Assembly: GCA_902596065.1 (NCBI GenBank)
Contig: CACJSL010000002.1
Location: 12,794-76,793, forward strand
Direction: 5' to 3'
Length of the DNA: 64,000 bases
Origin: an uncultured Alphaproteobacteria bacterium
Lineage (GTDB): Bacteria > Pseudomonadota > Alphaproteobacteria > HIMB59 > GCA-002718135
The notes below the pieces were generated by a model. That model saw only the letters and a program-made list of their open reading frames with translations. It made no database searches and had not been told where the DNA came from. Positions 27,251-36,276 of the stretch are shown here, piece after piece (position 1 is the first letter of the stretch; each line of letters begins with the position of its first letter). The translations under genes were made by a program, and so were the position numbers.

Positions 27251-28726
27251 ATGGAGCTACATTATATATCAGCTGTTGAAGCTATAAAAAAATTCAAAGA
27301 TAAATCATTATCTCCAGTAGAGCTTATAAATTCTATCATTGAAAGATCTGAAAAGATTAATCCTAAAATAAATGCTCATAACTTTACTTTTTATGAAAAA
27401 GCAATTGAATATGCAAAAAAATCAGAACAAAAATATTTAACAAATTCCTCAACTCTACCGTTAGAAGGAATACCTGTTGCTATTAAAGATGAAGAAGACA
27501 TCAAAGGTCAGCCAAATACTAATGGCTCGTTGATATTAAAAGATCATATAGCTAATCGAACTATGATTGATATTGAAAGAATTGTTAATTCTGGAGCAGT
27601 TATCCATTGTAGAACAACTACCCCAGAATTTTCTACTACCTCTTTCACTCATTCAAAATTATGGGGTGTTACAAGAAATCCATGGAATTTAGATTATACA
27701 CCTGGCGGTTCTTCCGGAGGGTCAGGTGCATCTTTGGCTGCAGGATGTTCAACTCTAGCAACTGGTTCTGATATTGGAGGATCAATAAGAATACCCGCTT
27801 CTGCTTGTGGTTTAGTTGGGTTTAAGCCTCCTCATGGTCGAAATCCTCAAGAAGCACCTTTTAATCATGATCAATATTGTGTGGTTGGCCCAATGGCAAG
27901 AACAGTTAAAGATTGTGCTCTAATGCAAAATGTAATGTCAGGACCACATCCCAAAGACATTACTAGCTTAAAACCTAAATTAAATATCCCTGATGAATTT
28001 GAAAATATTAAAAATTGGAAAATAGCTTATTCAATGGATCTTGGTTTTTTTGAAATTGATAAAGAGGTAGAAAAAAATACACTCAATATAATTAATAAAT
28101 TAAAAGAATTAGGTGCACAAGTTGAAGAAGTTAAAATAAAATGGAATAAAAAAGAGCTTGAAGATACTTGTTATAATTACTATGCCCATCTTTTTGCCAA
28201 TTTTGTTGCAGAATTAATTCCTAAATATGAAGAAGAACTGACAGATTACGCAAGAGATGTTGGCTCAACAGCTAGAATTATCAATAAAGCATTAGTGGAA
28301 AGAAAAAAAATCAATCATCCGACTATGGGAGTTGATCTTGGTATGACATTATATGAATGTAATAAAGTAGCTGGTAAAATGTATGAAGAGTTTGGTCCTA
28401 TAATACACAAATATGATGCTTTTGTTTGCCCTACCTTATCTATCCCTGCTGTTAAGGCAGACATTAATCTGTTTAAAGATAAAATATTAATAAATGGAAA
28501 AAAAATAAATTCGCCTGATCTTGGATGGACTTTGTGTTATCCTTTTAATATACTCTGTCGATTACCAGTGTTGTCAATCCCCTCAGGAATAGCTGGTAAT
28601 GGTGTTCCTACTGGAGTACAAATAGTTGGCAAACCTTATGATGATATACCCGTTTTCCAAGCAGGATATCAATTAGAACAGATAGAGCCATGGTTTCAAA
28701 ACAATAAATTAAAACCTAATTTATAA
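27251..28726 (+). CDS. Amidase-signature (AS) family amidase
   Basis: 491 aa with PVAIKDE (Lys), GGSSGGSGASLAAG and GSDIGGSIRIPA (Ser-cisSer-Lys triad context). Confidence 0.85.
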   Translation: MELHYISAVEAIKKFKDKSLSPVELINSIIERSEKINPKINAHNFTFYEKAIEYAKKSEQKYLTNSSTLPLEGIPVAIKDEEDIKGQPNTNGSLILKDHIANRTMIDIERIVNSGAVIHCRTTTPEFSTTSFTHSKLWGVTRNPWNLDYTPGGSSGGSGASLAAGCSTLATGSDIGGSIRIPASACGLVGFKPPHGRNPQEAPFNHDQYCVVGPMARTVKDCALMQNVMSGPHPKDITSLKPKLNIPDEFENIKNWKIAYSMDLGFFEIDKEVEKNTLNIINKLKELGAQVEEVKIKWNKKELEDTCYNYYAHLFANFVAELIPKYEEELTDYARDVGSTARIINKALVERKKINHPTMGVDLGMTLYECNKVAGKMYEEFGPIIHKYDAFVCPTLSIPAVKADINLFKDKILINGKKINSPDLGWTLCYPFNILCRLPVLSIPSGIAGNGVPTGVQIVGKPYDDIPVFQAGYQLEQIEPWFQNNKLKPNL

Positions 28727-28803
28727 AAATTGTTATTTTTTATTGAAATTTTCTCAAATTGTTGTTCATATAGCAATTAATTAATTTTTTTATTGGGGGT
28801 AAA

Positions 28804-29892
28804 ATGCCTAAATACTATGAAACTAAAAATTTTTTAGTTAAAACTTTAGGAGTGGCAATATTAACGGTTTTTATGGCCGTATTATTTTCCACTTCAAAGG
28901 TTTTTGCTGATGAGCCTGGAAGTGTTTTTCTTTGGGGCGGATATGATGATGATGGTCTGTTTGGATCATATGTAGAAGAACATGGATCACCTGAATACTC
29001 AACATTTGGTGATGCTGAAGAAGGTTTACAAAAATTAAAAGCTGGTTTTGAAGTTGATTTAGCTTGGCCATGCCAAGGTGAAATAGCTCGTTGGGTAAGA
29101 GCTGGAGTACTTGAACCATTGGACACTTCTCGAATAGATAACTGGGATGATATGTTCCCTGAAGTCAGAGATCTACCAAGCGGTATTGTGGATGGTAAGA
29201 ACTATTTTGCACCTATCGATTGGGGTGATACAACTTTATTTTACATGGCTGATCGAGTTCCGTGGATGAATGCTGATAATGAAAGTTTTGATCTAATGGA
29301 AGATCCAAGAGTAAAAGGTAAAGTTGGTATATTAGACTCTGCTGCTGACTCATTATTTTTAATGATGCATCATCTTGGAATTGATATCAGAGAAAAGGAT
29401 CAATTAACTAAAGCTGCTATTGATAAAGGTATCAATAAGTTTCGTGAAATGAGAGATAACGGACAAATTCGTGCGTTCTTCGGAGACACTTCTTCAATGG
29501 TAGAGGCGTTAGGTAACGAAGAAATAGATGTAGCTCTTGGTTGGAACGAAATTGCATGGAATGCTGGAGCGAAAATGATGCAACCTGCTAATGGAACAAT
29601 GACTTGGGCTTGCGGACTTGCAATTGTTAAAGGTGCAGACCTTGATAAAGCATATGCAATGATTAACGGAGCTACTAGTCCAGAAACTTCAGCTTACTTA
29701 CTTAGTGAGTGGGGTTATGGCCATTCAAACAAGAAAGGTTTTAGCACCATCACTGCTGATGAATTAGCTGAGCGTGGAGTAGCATCTAATCCTGCAGAAC
29801 ACCTTTCAAATGGAATGTTCTCTGTGATGCCTTCAGATGAAGTAACTGATTATATGGAAGCTCAATGGGCTGAAATGGTTGCTGGCGGTTAA
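28804..29892 (+). CDS. Periplasmic substrate-binding protein, PotD/PotF (family 1) type
   Basis: 362 aa with a signal peptide (...AVLFSTSKVFA/DEP) and a mature domain of the polyamine-type SBP pattern. Purine-rich SD (GGGGGT) precedes the ATG. Visibly richer in G+C and poorer in Lys/Asn/Ile codons than its neighbours. Confidence 0.8.
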   Translation: MPKYYETKNFLVKTLGVAILTVFMAVLFSTSKVFADEPGSVFLWGGYDDDGLFGSYVEEHGSPEYSTFGDAEEGLQKLKAGFEVDLAWPCQGEIARWVRAGVLEPLDTSRIDNWDDMFPEVRDLPSGIVDGKNYFAPIDWGDTTLFYMADRVPWMNADNESFDLMEDPRVKGKVGILDSAADSLFLMMHHLGIDIREKDQLTKAAIDKGINKFREMRDNGQIRAFFGDTSSMVEALGNEEIDVALGWNEIAWNAGAKMMQPANGTMTWACGLAIVKGADLDKAYAMINGATSPETSAYLLSEWGYGHSNKKGFSTITADELAERGVASNPAEHLSNGMFSVMPSDEVTDYMEAQWAEMVAGG

Positions 29893-29912
29893 TCAAAGAT
29901 TAGTTCAATATC

Positions 29913-29950
29913 AAAATAGCCTGCTCTCTTTCTGAGGCAGGCTATTTTTT
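29913..29950. terminator. Bidirectional intrinsic terminator between the convergent SBP and potA-like genes
   Basis: AAAA-TAGCCTGC-(12-nt loop)-GCAGGCTA-TTTTTT: an 8-bp GC-rich stem (29917-29924 / 29937-29944) flanked by an A run and a T run. The potA-like stop codon lies inside the 3' arm. Confidence 0.75.
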
Positions 29951-31024
29951 ATTTAATAAAGAAATATCTTCTAAACTAATACTTATAAAGCATTTATTAT
30001 TTTCAAAAGATTGATTATCAAAATGTTGTGAAGAAACAGTGATTAGTTGTTCTATTCCTTTCGTTTCAACGTAAAATCTAGTCATTTCTCCTAAATAAGA
30101 AGTCTGACTAATCTTAGCATCAAGACAGATATCCCAGTCAGATTTCACTTTAGAAATCATCATTGATTCTGGACGAACACTGCAAACAACATCAGAAGAA
30201 TTTGTTGCTATATTTAAATTATTTTTAATTTTAAACACTCCCAATTTTTCGATCGAAACGTTGATGAATTCTCCATCACTTGATTTAGTTTCAGCTTTAA
30301 GGAAATTTGTTTCACCAATAAAGTCACTTACAAATATATTTTTTGGATTCTTATAAAGTTCATTTGGTGCTGATAATTGCTGAATTTTTCCATCGTTCAT
30401 AACTGCAACTCTATCTGACATACTTATAGCTTCTTGTTGATCGTGAGTAACGAATACAAAAGTAATTCCAATATTTTTTTGAAGAGTTCTTAATTCTAAT
30501 TGCATTTCATCTCTTAGTTTTTTATCTAAAGCTCCAAGAGGTTCATCTAATAATAAAACTTTTGGTTGCCTTACTAATGCTCTTGCAAGAGCAACACGCT
30601 GTCTTTGACCACCAGATAATTGATTACTAAATCTTTCTTCATAGCCCTCAAGCTTAACCAATGAAAGAACTTCTTTAACGCGTTTACCTATTTCATCATT
30701 GCTTAAGCCAAGTTTTCTTAGTCCAAATTGAATATTTTTTTCTACGTTAAGGTGAGGAAAAATTGCATAGTTTTGAAAAACCATATTTGTAGGTCTTTTG
30801 TCTGGTGGTAATGCAGTAATATCTGTTCCATCAATTAATAGATTTCCTGAAGTAGGATATTCAAATCCTGCCAACAACCTTAACAATGTTGTCTTACCAC
30901 ATCCAGAAGGTCCTAAAAGAGAAAAAAATTCGCCTTCTTTAATTTCAAATGAAACATCATCAACTGCTTTTACATCTGCAAAGTGTTTTGAAATATTATT
31001 GATCTGTATAAATGAATTGTTCAT
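29942..31024 (-). CDS. ABC importer ATP-binding protein, PotA type
   Basis: 360 aa with Walker A GPSGCGKTT, LSGGQRQRVALARAL, LLLDEPLGALD, and a C-terminal TOBE-like regulatory domain. Confidence 0.88.
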   Translation of the reverse strand: MNNSFIQINNISKHFADVKAVDDVSFEIKEGEFFSLLGPSGCGKTTLLRLLAGFEYPTSGNLLIDGTDITALPPDKRPTNMVFQNYAIFPHLNVEKNIQFGLRKLGLSNDEIGKRVKEVLSLVKLEGYEERFSNQLSGGQRQRVALARALVRQPKVLLLDEPLGALDKKLRDEMQLELRTLQKNIGITFVFVTHDQQEAISMSDRVAVMNDGKIQQLSAPNELYKNPKNIFVSDFIGETNFLKAETKSSDGEFINVSIEKLGVFKIKNNLNIATNSSDVVCSVRPESMMISKVKSDWDICLDAKISQTSYLGEMTRFYVETKGIEQLITVSSQHFDNQSFENNKCFISISLEDISLLNKK

Positions 31025-31030
31025 AATTTA

Positions 31031-31840
31031 TTATAATTTCATAGCTATATCTTTCTTTGCTTTACCTTGTCCAACATTTCTTAACCAGAATGCTAACAAA
31101 ACAATAAAAGTAGTAAAAACAATTATTACTGCTCCCAAAGCCAGTACGTGAGGTAACTTTTGAACAAATCTCATTTGACCCCACATATACATTGGAAGTG
31201 TTGCATCACTTCCAGTTAAAAAGAATGCCAGAATAAATTCATCAAAAGAAATTATGAAACTTAGAAGAAGAGCTGCAACTATTCCAGGCAAATACAATGG
31301 AAATGAAACTCTAAAAAATGTTCCCCATGCATTCTCTCCTAAATCTCTAGAGGCCTCTTCAAGTGAAAAATCAAAACCTTCGATACGAGCTATAAGTATT
31401 AACATTGCAAAAGGTGTACAAAATAAAGTGTGACCAATTGTGACTGGAACGAGACCTAATTTAAATCCAAGATTAACCCAAATTATAAGTATAGCTACAG
31501 CCAAAATAATTTCAGGTATCAAAAATGGCATCATTATACCTCCATAAGAGATCTTTTCCCCTCTAAATTTATATCGAGCAAATGCCTTTGCAGCAAAAAG
31601 TGCAATTGTTGTGCTAATGACACTCGCAACTACTCCTACTTTTATACTCGCCCATAGAGCCTTATGTAGATTTCTTTTTGACCACATCTCTTCGTAGTGT
31701 TCCGTTGTAAATCCAGCGAGAGGGAATGACATATAATTTGCGTCGTTAAAACTAAATATAGGCAAGAATAAAACTGGCACATACAGAAACCCAAAATATA
31801 AAAGAGTATAAATCAGTAATGTATTATTTTTTTCGTTCAT
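31031..31840 (-). CDS. ABC importer permease, PotC type
   Basis: 269 aa with 6 TMS and an EAA-loop region (LEEASRDLGENAWGTFFRVSFPL). Confidence 0.85.
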   Translation of the reverse strand: MNEKNNTLLIYTLLYFGFLYVPVLFLPIFSFNDANYMSFPLAGFTTEHYEEMWSKRNLHKALWASIKVGVVASVISTTIALFAAKAFARYKFRGEKISYGGIMMPFLIPEIILAVAILIIWVNLGFKLGLVPVTIGHTLFCTPFAMLILIARIEGFDFSLEEASRDLGENAWGTFFRVSFPLYLPGIVAALLLSFIISFDEFILAFFLTGSDATLPMYMWGQMRFVQKLPHVLALGAVIIVFTTFIVLLAFWLRNVGQGKAKKDIAMKL

Positions 31841-31842
31841 TT

Positions 31843-32727
31843 TTAAGTTAACCTTTGTGTTAGTTTTTTTGTTACATTCGAAACAATTATAGTTATGAGC
31901 ACAACAGTTGTTAACATAATTGTAGCTGAAGCTGCACCAAGAGGAATATTATTTATTTTTCCAAAATAAGCCTGAATCATATTTGAAAGCATGCGACCAT
32001 CAGTTCCTCCAAGTAAAGCTGGAGTTACATAATCACCTACTGTTGGAATAAATATGATTAATATTGCACCTATTACACCAGGTAACGATAATGGAAATGT
32101 AATTTTCCAAAATACTTCAAATCGAGAGAGCCCAAGATCCCTTCCAGCTTCAATAAAAGAAAAATCAATTTTTTCTAACGAAACATATAAAGGTAGTAAC
32201 GCAAACGCTGCCCATGCATGAGTTAAAGTAATAACTACTGCGGTCTCTGAATACATTAAGAATGTAAGAGGTTCGCTAAGAATTCCAGCATTAATCAATG
32301 AAGAGTTTATCACTCCTTTTGTTCCAAGGATAATTTTCCAAGAGAATACTCTTAATAAATAAGAAGTCCAAAAAGGTAAAGTAAGTAAAACAAGCCACAG
32401 CATTTTGTTTTTTTTGACATAAAAAGCGATGTAATAACAAACTGGGTATGCTGTTATAAGTGTAATTAGTGTTACGAGAAATGATATTTTAATTGATTTT
32501 ATTAGAAGTGTGACCAATAATTTTTTTTGAAAGAAATCAATATATCTTTGAAATGTAAAAGTATAATCAATCTCCATCATACTAACTTGAGTAAACATAC
32601 TAAAGCTCAGCATTAGGGCCATTGGGACGATCATAGCTAAAATAACTAAAATTAAAGCTGGTGATAATAAAGAATAGGCTTTAACATTATCATGTTTTGC
32701 ATAAATTTTTTTCAAAAAGCCTATCAT
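31843..32727 (-). CDS. ABC importer permease, PotB type
   Basis: 294 aa with 6 TMS and the EAA loop FIEAGRDLGLSRFEVFWKITFPL. Confidence 0.85.
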   Translation of the reverse strand: MIGFLKKIYAKHDNVKAYSLLSPALILVILAMIVPMALMLSFSMFTQVSMMEIDYTFTFQRYIDFFQKKLLVTLLIKSIKISFLVTLITLITAYPVCYYIAFYVKKNKMLWLVLLTLPFWTSYLLRVFSWKIILGTKGVINSSLINAGILSEPLTFLMYSETAVVITLTHAWAAFALLPLYVSLEKIDFSFIEAGRDLGLSRFEVFWKITFPLSLPGVIGAILIIFIPTVGDYVTPALLGGTDGRMLSNMIQAYFGKINNIPLGAASATIMLTTVVLITIIVSNVTKKLTQRLT

Positions 32728-32749
32728 ATTTTCTTTTACAGCTCCTTAT

Positions 32750-33928
32750 TTATTCAATTAAAGATTTCAAACCTCTTTTATAAAGAGAATTTGCAATTAT
32801 TATTCTATGAATTTCACTTGTCCCTTCCCAAATACGATCGACTCGTAGTTCCCTATAGTATCTTTCAGCAACATTTTCCCTCATATATCCTCTTCCACCA
32901 AAAATTTGTACTGCACGGTCTGCAATTTTGTTAGCCATTTCAGAGGCTAATAATTTTATCATGGAACATTTTCCGTGTAAAATTTTAACATCTTGATTTG
33001 AATCATGAGCTTTGCATATTTCATAGAGCATTAATCTAGTTGAAGCTAATTCATTGACACAATCTGCAAGCATAAATTGTATTGCTTGATAATTTGATAT
33101 TTTATCTCCAAAAGACTCTCTTTCTTTTGCAAAAATTGTTGCTTCATCAATTAATCTCTCGGCTGCCCCACAGCATCTAGCTGCTATTCCTAATCTTTCA
33201 TGTCTAAACCAAGAATGTGTATAGTCCATTCCTATACCTTCATTACCTATTATATTTTTAGAAGGTATAGAAACATTATTAAAACGATAAATACTGTGAT
33301 GATGAGCATAAGTATGACTAAATTTAGGAGTATCTATTAATTCAATACCTTTTGTATCTTTATCAATTATAAAAAGTGAGTGTTTGTCTTTATTTTGACC
33401 AGATTTAATTTTTGCTTGTAAAAAGAAAAAGTTAGCAAGATTTGCACTAGTCACATACCATTTTTCACCATTGATTATGTATTGATCTCCCTTTTTTTCA
33501 GCTGTAGTTTCTATAGAGCCATCTACATCAGAGCCTGCACCTTTTTCAGTAATTGCATAACATTCTTTTTTTGTTCCATTTAAAAGTGGCTTTAAATAAT
33601 TTTCTTTTTGAAAGTCATTGAAATTTACTTCCATCCAATCTTGAGCTTCTGAAAAACACCAACATAAAGCATTAGTAACACGACCAAATTGTTCCCAAAT
33701 AATCATTTGTTCAAACATATTTAATCCCAGTCCTCCATTTTCTTTTGATATTCCCATACCAGGAAGTCCTAGAGAAATTGCAATATCTCGATGTTTTTTT
33801 TCTATATCTTTTGGTAATTCTCCATCATTTTTTTCAGCATGAACTTCCCAAGGTATAAGTTCATCATTAACAAATTTTCTTATTTTTTTTTGCCACTCTA
33901 AGGCCTTAGGGGTCATTCCACTATACAT
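32750..33928 (-). CDS. Acyl-CoA dehydrogenase family protein
   Basis: 392 aa with ACAD blocks (CYAITEKGAGSD, IFGGRGY, RVDRIWEGTSEIHR). It starts 2 nt after the TetR stop and ends 22 nt before potB. Confidence 0.85.
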   Translation of the reverse strand: MYSGMTPKALEWQKKIRKFVNDELIPWEVHAEKNDGELPKDIEKKHRDIAISLGLPGMGISKENGGLGLNMFEQMIIWEQFGRVTNALCWCFSEAQDWMEVNFNDFQKENYLKPLLNGTKKECYAITEKGAGSDVDGSIETTAEKKGDQYIINGEKWYVTSANLANFFFLQAKIKSGQNKDKHSLFIIDKDTKGIELIDTPKFSHTYAHHHSIYRFNNVSIPSKNIIGNEGIGMDYTHSWFRHERLGIAARCCGAAERLIDEATIFAKERESFGDKISNYQAIQFMLADCVNELASTRLMLYEICKAHDSNQDVKILHGKCSMIKLLASEMANKIADRAVQIFGGRGYMRENVAERYYRELRVDRIWEGTSEIHRIIIANSLYKRGLKSLIE

Positions 33929-33930
33929 AT

Positions 33931-34584
33931 CTATAAAATATTTTTAAATTGTTTTGGAAAATTTGACTTAATAAATTCAAAGCAAATTTTTTTTGACTGT
34001 ACTTTATTAAAAGTATCAGGATCTTCTAATTGATCTAACCATAAACCCATTATTAAAGCTTGAAAACCTCTAGCTATGTTTTTTTCAGATAATTTAACTT
34101 TTTCTTTTTTTATTAAATCTAAAAAGATATTTTCAGTAATTGATTGATAATATAAATCTCGCTCTTTACATATTTGATGATAAGCTGGTTTGTATTTGAT
34201 TTCGCTAAAAAATGTAAACCAGACAGCTATTTTTTCTCTGGTACATATTTTTTTACTAAAATCATTTTTTATAATTCCTATTATTTTTTTTCTAGGATCA
34301 TTCCCAGCTTTAGAAATACTCTTTTGAAATGAAAGCAGATATTCATTTGAAATAAATTTTAAAGTCTCAATTAATAGTAGTTCTTTACTTTTAAAATGGA
34401 AATTTACTATCCCTTGAGATAATCCTGCTCCTTGAGAGACATCTTGCATTGTTAATTGGTGTATTCCTTTTTTTGATAAATTCTTAATGGTTGAAGATAT
34501 CAATTTTAAATTACTATTTTTTTTATTTTCTAATCTAATATTTCTGTGTCTCATAAAATTATAAAAACAATGATAGTTTTTCAT
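33931..34584 (-). CDS. TetR-family transcriptional repressor, BetI-like subgroup
   Basis: N-terminal HTH (TMQDVSQGAGLSQGIVNFHFKSKELL). The C-terminal blocks VWFTFFSE...P and GFQALIMGLWLD resemble, from memory, E. coli BetI (AWLAFWASS...P, LAALIDGLWLR). An alternative start is the ATG at 34554. Confidence 0.8.
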   Translation of the reverse strand: MKNYHCFYNFMRHRNIRLENKKNSNLKLISSTIKNLSKKGIHQLTMQDVSQGAGLSQGIVNFHFKSKELLLIETLKFISNEYLLSFQKSISKAGNDPRKKIIGIIKNDFSKKICTREKIAVWFTFFSEIKYKPAYHQICKERDLYYQSITENIFLDLIKKEKVKLSEKNIARGFQALIMGLWLDQLEDPDTFNKVQSKKICFEFIKSNFPKQFKNIL

Positions 34585-34612
34585 AAAAAGCTTGATTTTA
34601 CAAGAAATTTGG

Positions 34613-34628
34613 TTGAATGGTCATTCAA
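34613..34628. promoter_or_regulatory. Operator/promoter palindrome copy b: TTGAAT-ggtc-ATTCAA (exact; extended TTGAATG-gt-CATTCAA)
   Basis: It lies in the 63-bp gap between the TetR gene (minus strand) and the divergent flavoprotein operon. It ends 19 nt before the ATG at 34648; TATAAG lies at 34634-34639. Confidence 0.6.
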
Positions 34629-34647
34629 AGAAATATAAGAAAATACT

Positions 34648-36276
34648 ATGAACAAATCTAAATATGATGTTGCAATTATTGGTGGTGGTCATAATGGGCT
34701 CACCACAGCATGTTATTTAGCTAAAGCTGGACTAAAAGTAGTTGTTGTAGAAAAACATGATTATGTGGGGGGAGCAGCTGTAAGCAGAGAGCTTCATCCA
34801 GGTTGGACATATTCTAACTGTTCATACGTCTGTAGTTTGCTTAGACCTGAAATTTTTAGAGATTTAGAATTATCTAAACACGGTTTACAAATTATACCTT
34901 ACGAAGGTAGTGCAAGCATGCTTAATGATGGGAGATTTTACGCACATTACCAAGATCATGATTTAACTTATAGATCTATTGCTCAATTTTCCAAAAAAGA
35001 TGCTGAAGCCTATGATAGATTTGGAAAAGATGTGATGCGACAGTGTAAAATTATTAAACCTCTTTTAAAGATGACACCTCCTGATCCTACTTCATTTTCT
35101 CCAAAGGATATAATGGGTTTATTTGAATTTGCTAAATATTTTGCTGCAAAAGATGAGTTAGGAGGCTTAGGTGAGAAAGAAATATACGATACAATTCGTT
35201 TTTGGACAATGAGTGTTAGGGATTATCTCGAAGAATATTTTGAATCAGAAATTGTAAAAGTGCATTTAGCAGGGTCTGCTATCATTGGAACAGCTTTAGG
35301 CCCTTATTCTCCAGGCTCTGCATATGTATTGCTACATCATTATATGGGAGAAGTAGATGGTACTGTTGGAGCGTGGGGGTACGCTAGAGGAGGTATGGGT
35401 TCAATTACAAAAGCTATGGCATCTTCTTTTAAATCAAAAAATGGAGAAATTAAATCTGGTTCGCCAGTCACAAAAATTCTTATTAAAAATAATAAAAGTT
35501 ATGGTCTTGTTCTTGAAAATGGAGATGAAATTTATGCTGATAAAATAGTTTCAAACCTTGATGTCAAAAGAACCTTTTTAAAAGTTGTTGAGGAAAAAGA
35601 ATTACCCAATGATTTTTACAAAGCAGTAAAAAATTTTAAAATCAGAGGATCTTCAGGAAAGTTAAATATTGCTCTTGATGATCTACCTATTTGGAAAAGT
35701 ATTCCAGAGGGTGATCCAGCTGGAACAGGTGACTTACATATAACTCAGAATATTGAAGAGATGGAGGGAGCATATGATGATTGGAAAGATGGTAAGTGGT
35801 CTCAATTTCCATATGTTGATATGTGTATTCCAAGTATAAATGATCCCACTATGGCCCCTCAAGGAAAACACTATATGTCTGTTTTTATTCAATATGTTCC
35901 TTACAATTTAGCAGATGGAGGATGGACAGAAGAAAAGCGTCTTGAATTTGGCAAACATGTGATGGGTAGGATTGGAAATTATTCAACAAACTTCAATGAT
36001 ATCATTAATCATGCAGAAATTAGAACTCCTAAAGAATTAGAAGCTGAAGTTGGTTTAACAGAAGGAAATATTTTTCAAGGTGAGCTTACTATGGATCAGT
36101 TAATGTTTAACCGCCCTGTACCTGGTTATGCTCAATATAAAACGCCTATAAAAAATCTTTATATGTGTGGTTCTAGCACTCATCCTGGCGGAGGAGTAAT
36201 GGGAGCACCTGGAGCAAATGCTGCAAGAGAAATATTAAAAGATTTAAACAAAAAGATATCAACACATTATATATGA
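34648..36276 (+). CDS. CrtI/phytoene-desaturase-family (flavin amine-oxidase superfamily) FAD-dependent oxidoreductase, paralogue 1
   Basis: 542 aa. N-terminal YDVAIIGGGHNGLTTACYLAKAGLKVVVVEKHDYVGGAA and C-terminal LYMCGSSTHPGGGVMGAPGANAA. Confidence 0.8.
   Translation: MNKSKYDVAIIGGGHNGLTTACYLAKAGLKVVVVEKHDYVGGAAVSRELHPGWTYSNCSYVCSLLRPEIFRDLELSKHGLQIIPYEGSASMLNDGRFYAHYQDHDLTYRSIAQFSKKDAEAYDRFGKDVMRQCKIIKPLLKMTPPDPTSFSPKDIMGLFEFAKYFAAKDELGGLGEKEIYDTIRFWTMSVRDYLEEYFESEIVKVHLAGSAIIGTALGPYSPGSAYVLLHHYMGEVDGTVGAWGYARGGMGSITKAMASSFKSKNGEIKSGSPVTKILIKNNKSYGLVLENGDEIYADKIVSNLDVKRTFLKVVEEKELPNDFYKAVKNFKIRGSSGKLNIALDDLPIWKSIPEGDPAGTGDLHITQNIEEMEGAYDDWKDGKWSQFPYVDMCIPSINDPTMAPQGKHYMSVFIQYVPYNLADGGWTEEKRLEFGKHVMGRIGNYSTNFNDIINHAEIRTPKELEAEVGLTEGNIFQGELTMDQLMFNRPVPGYAQYKTPIKNLYMCGSSTHPGGGVMGAPGANAAREILKDLNKKISTHYI

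Noticed and set aside
28743-28758. TTGAAA-tttt-CTCAAA upstream of the SBP gene as a fifth operator copy
   Set aside because: Only 5/6 and 3/6 matches to the half-sites, and it lies 45 nt rather than 19 nt from the ATG.
28815-29126. Two overlapping antisense ORFs (103 and 82 aa) within the Pot-type SBP gene
   Set aside because: They are shadow ORFs, made possible by the locally higher G+C and consequent scarcity of stop codons. They have no start context or recognisable domain, whereas the sense frame encodes a full SBP with a signal peptide.
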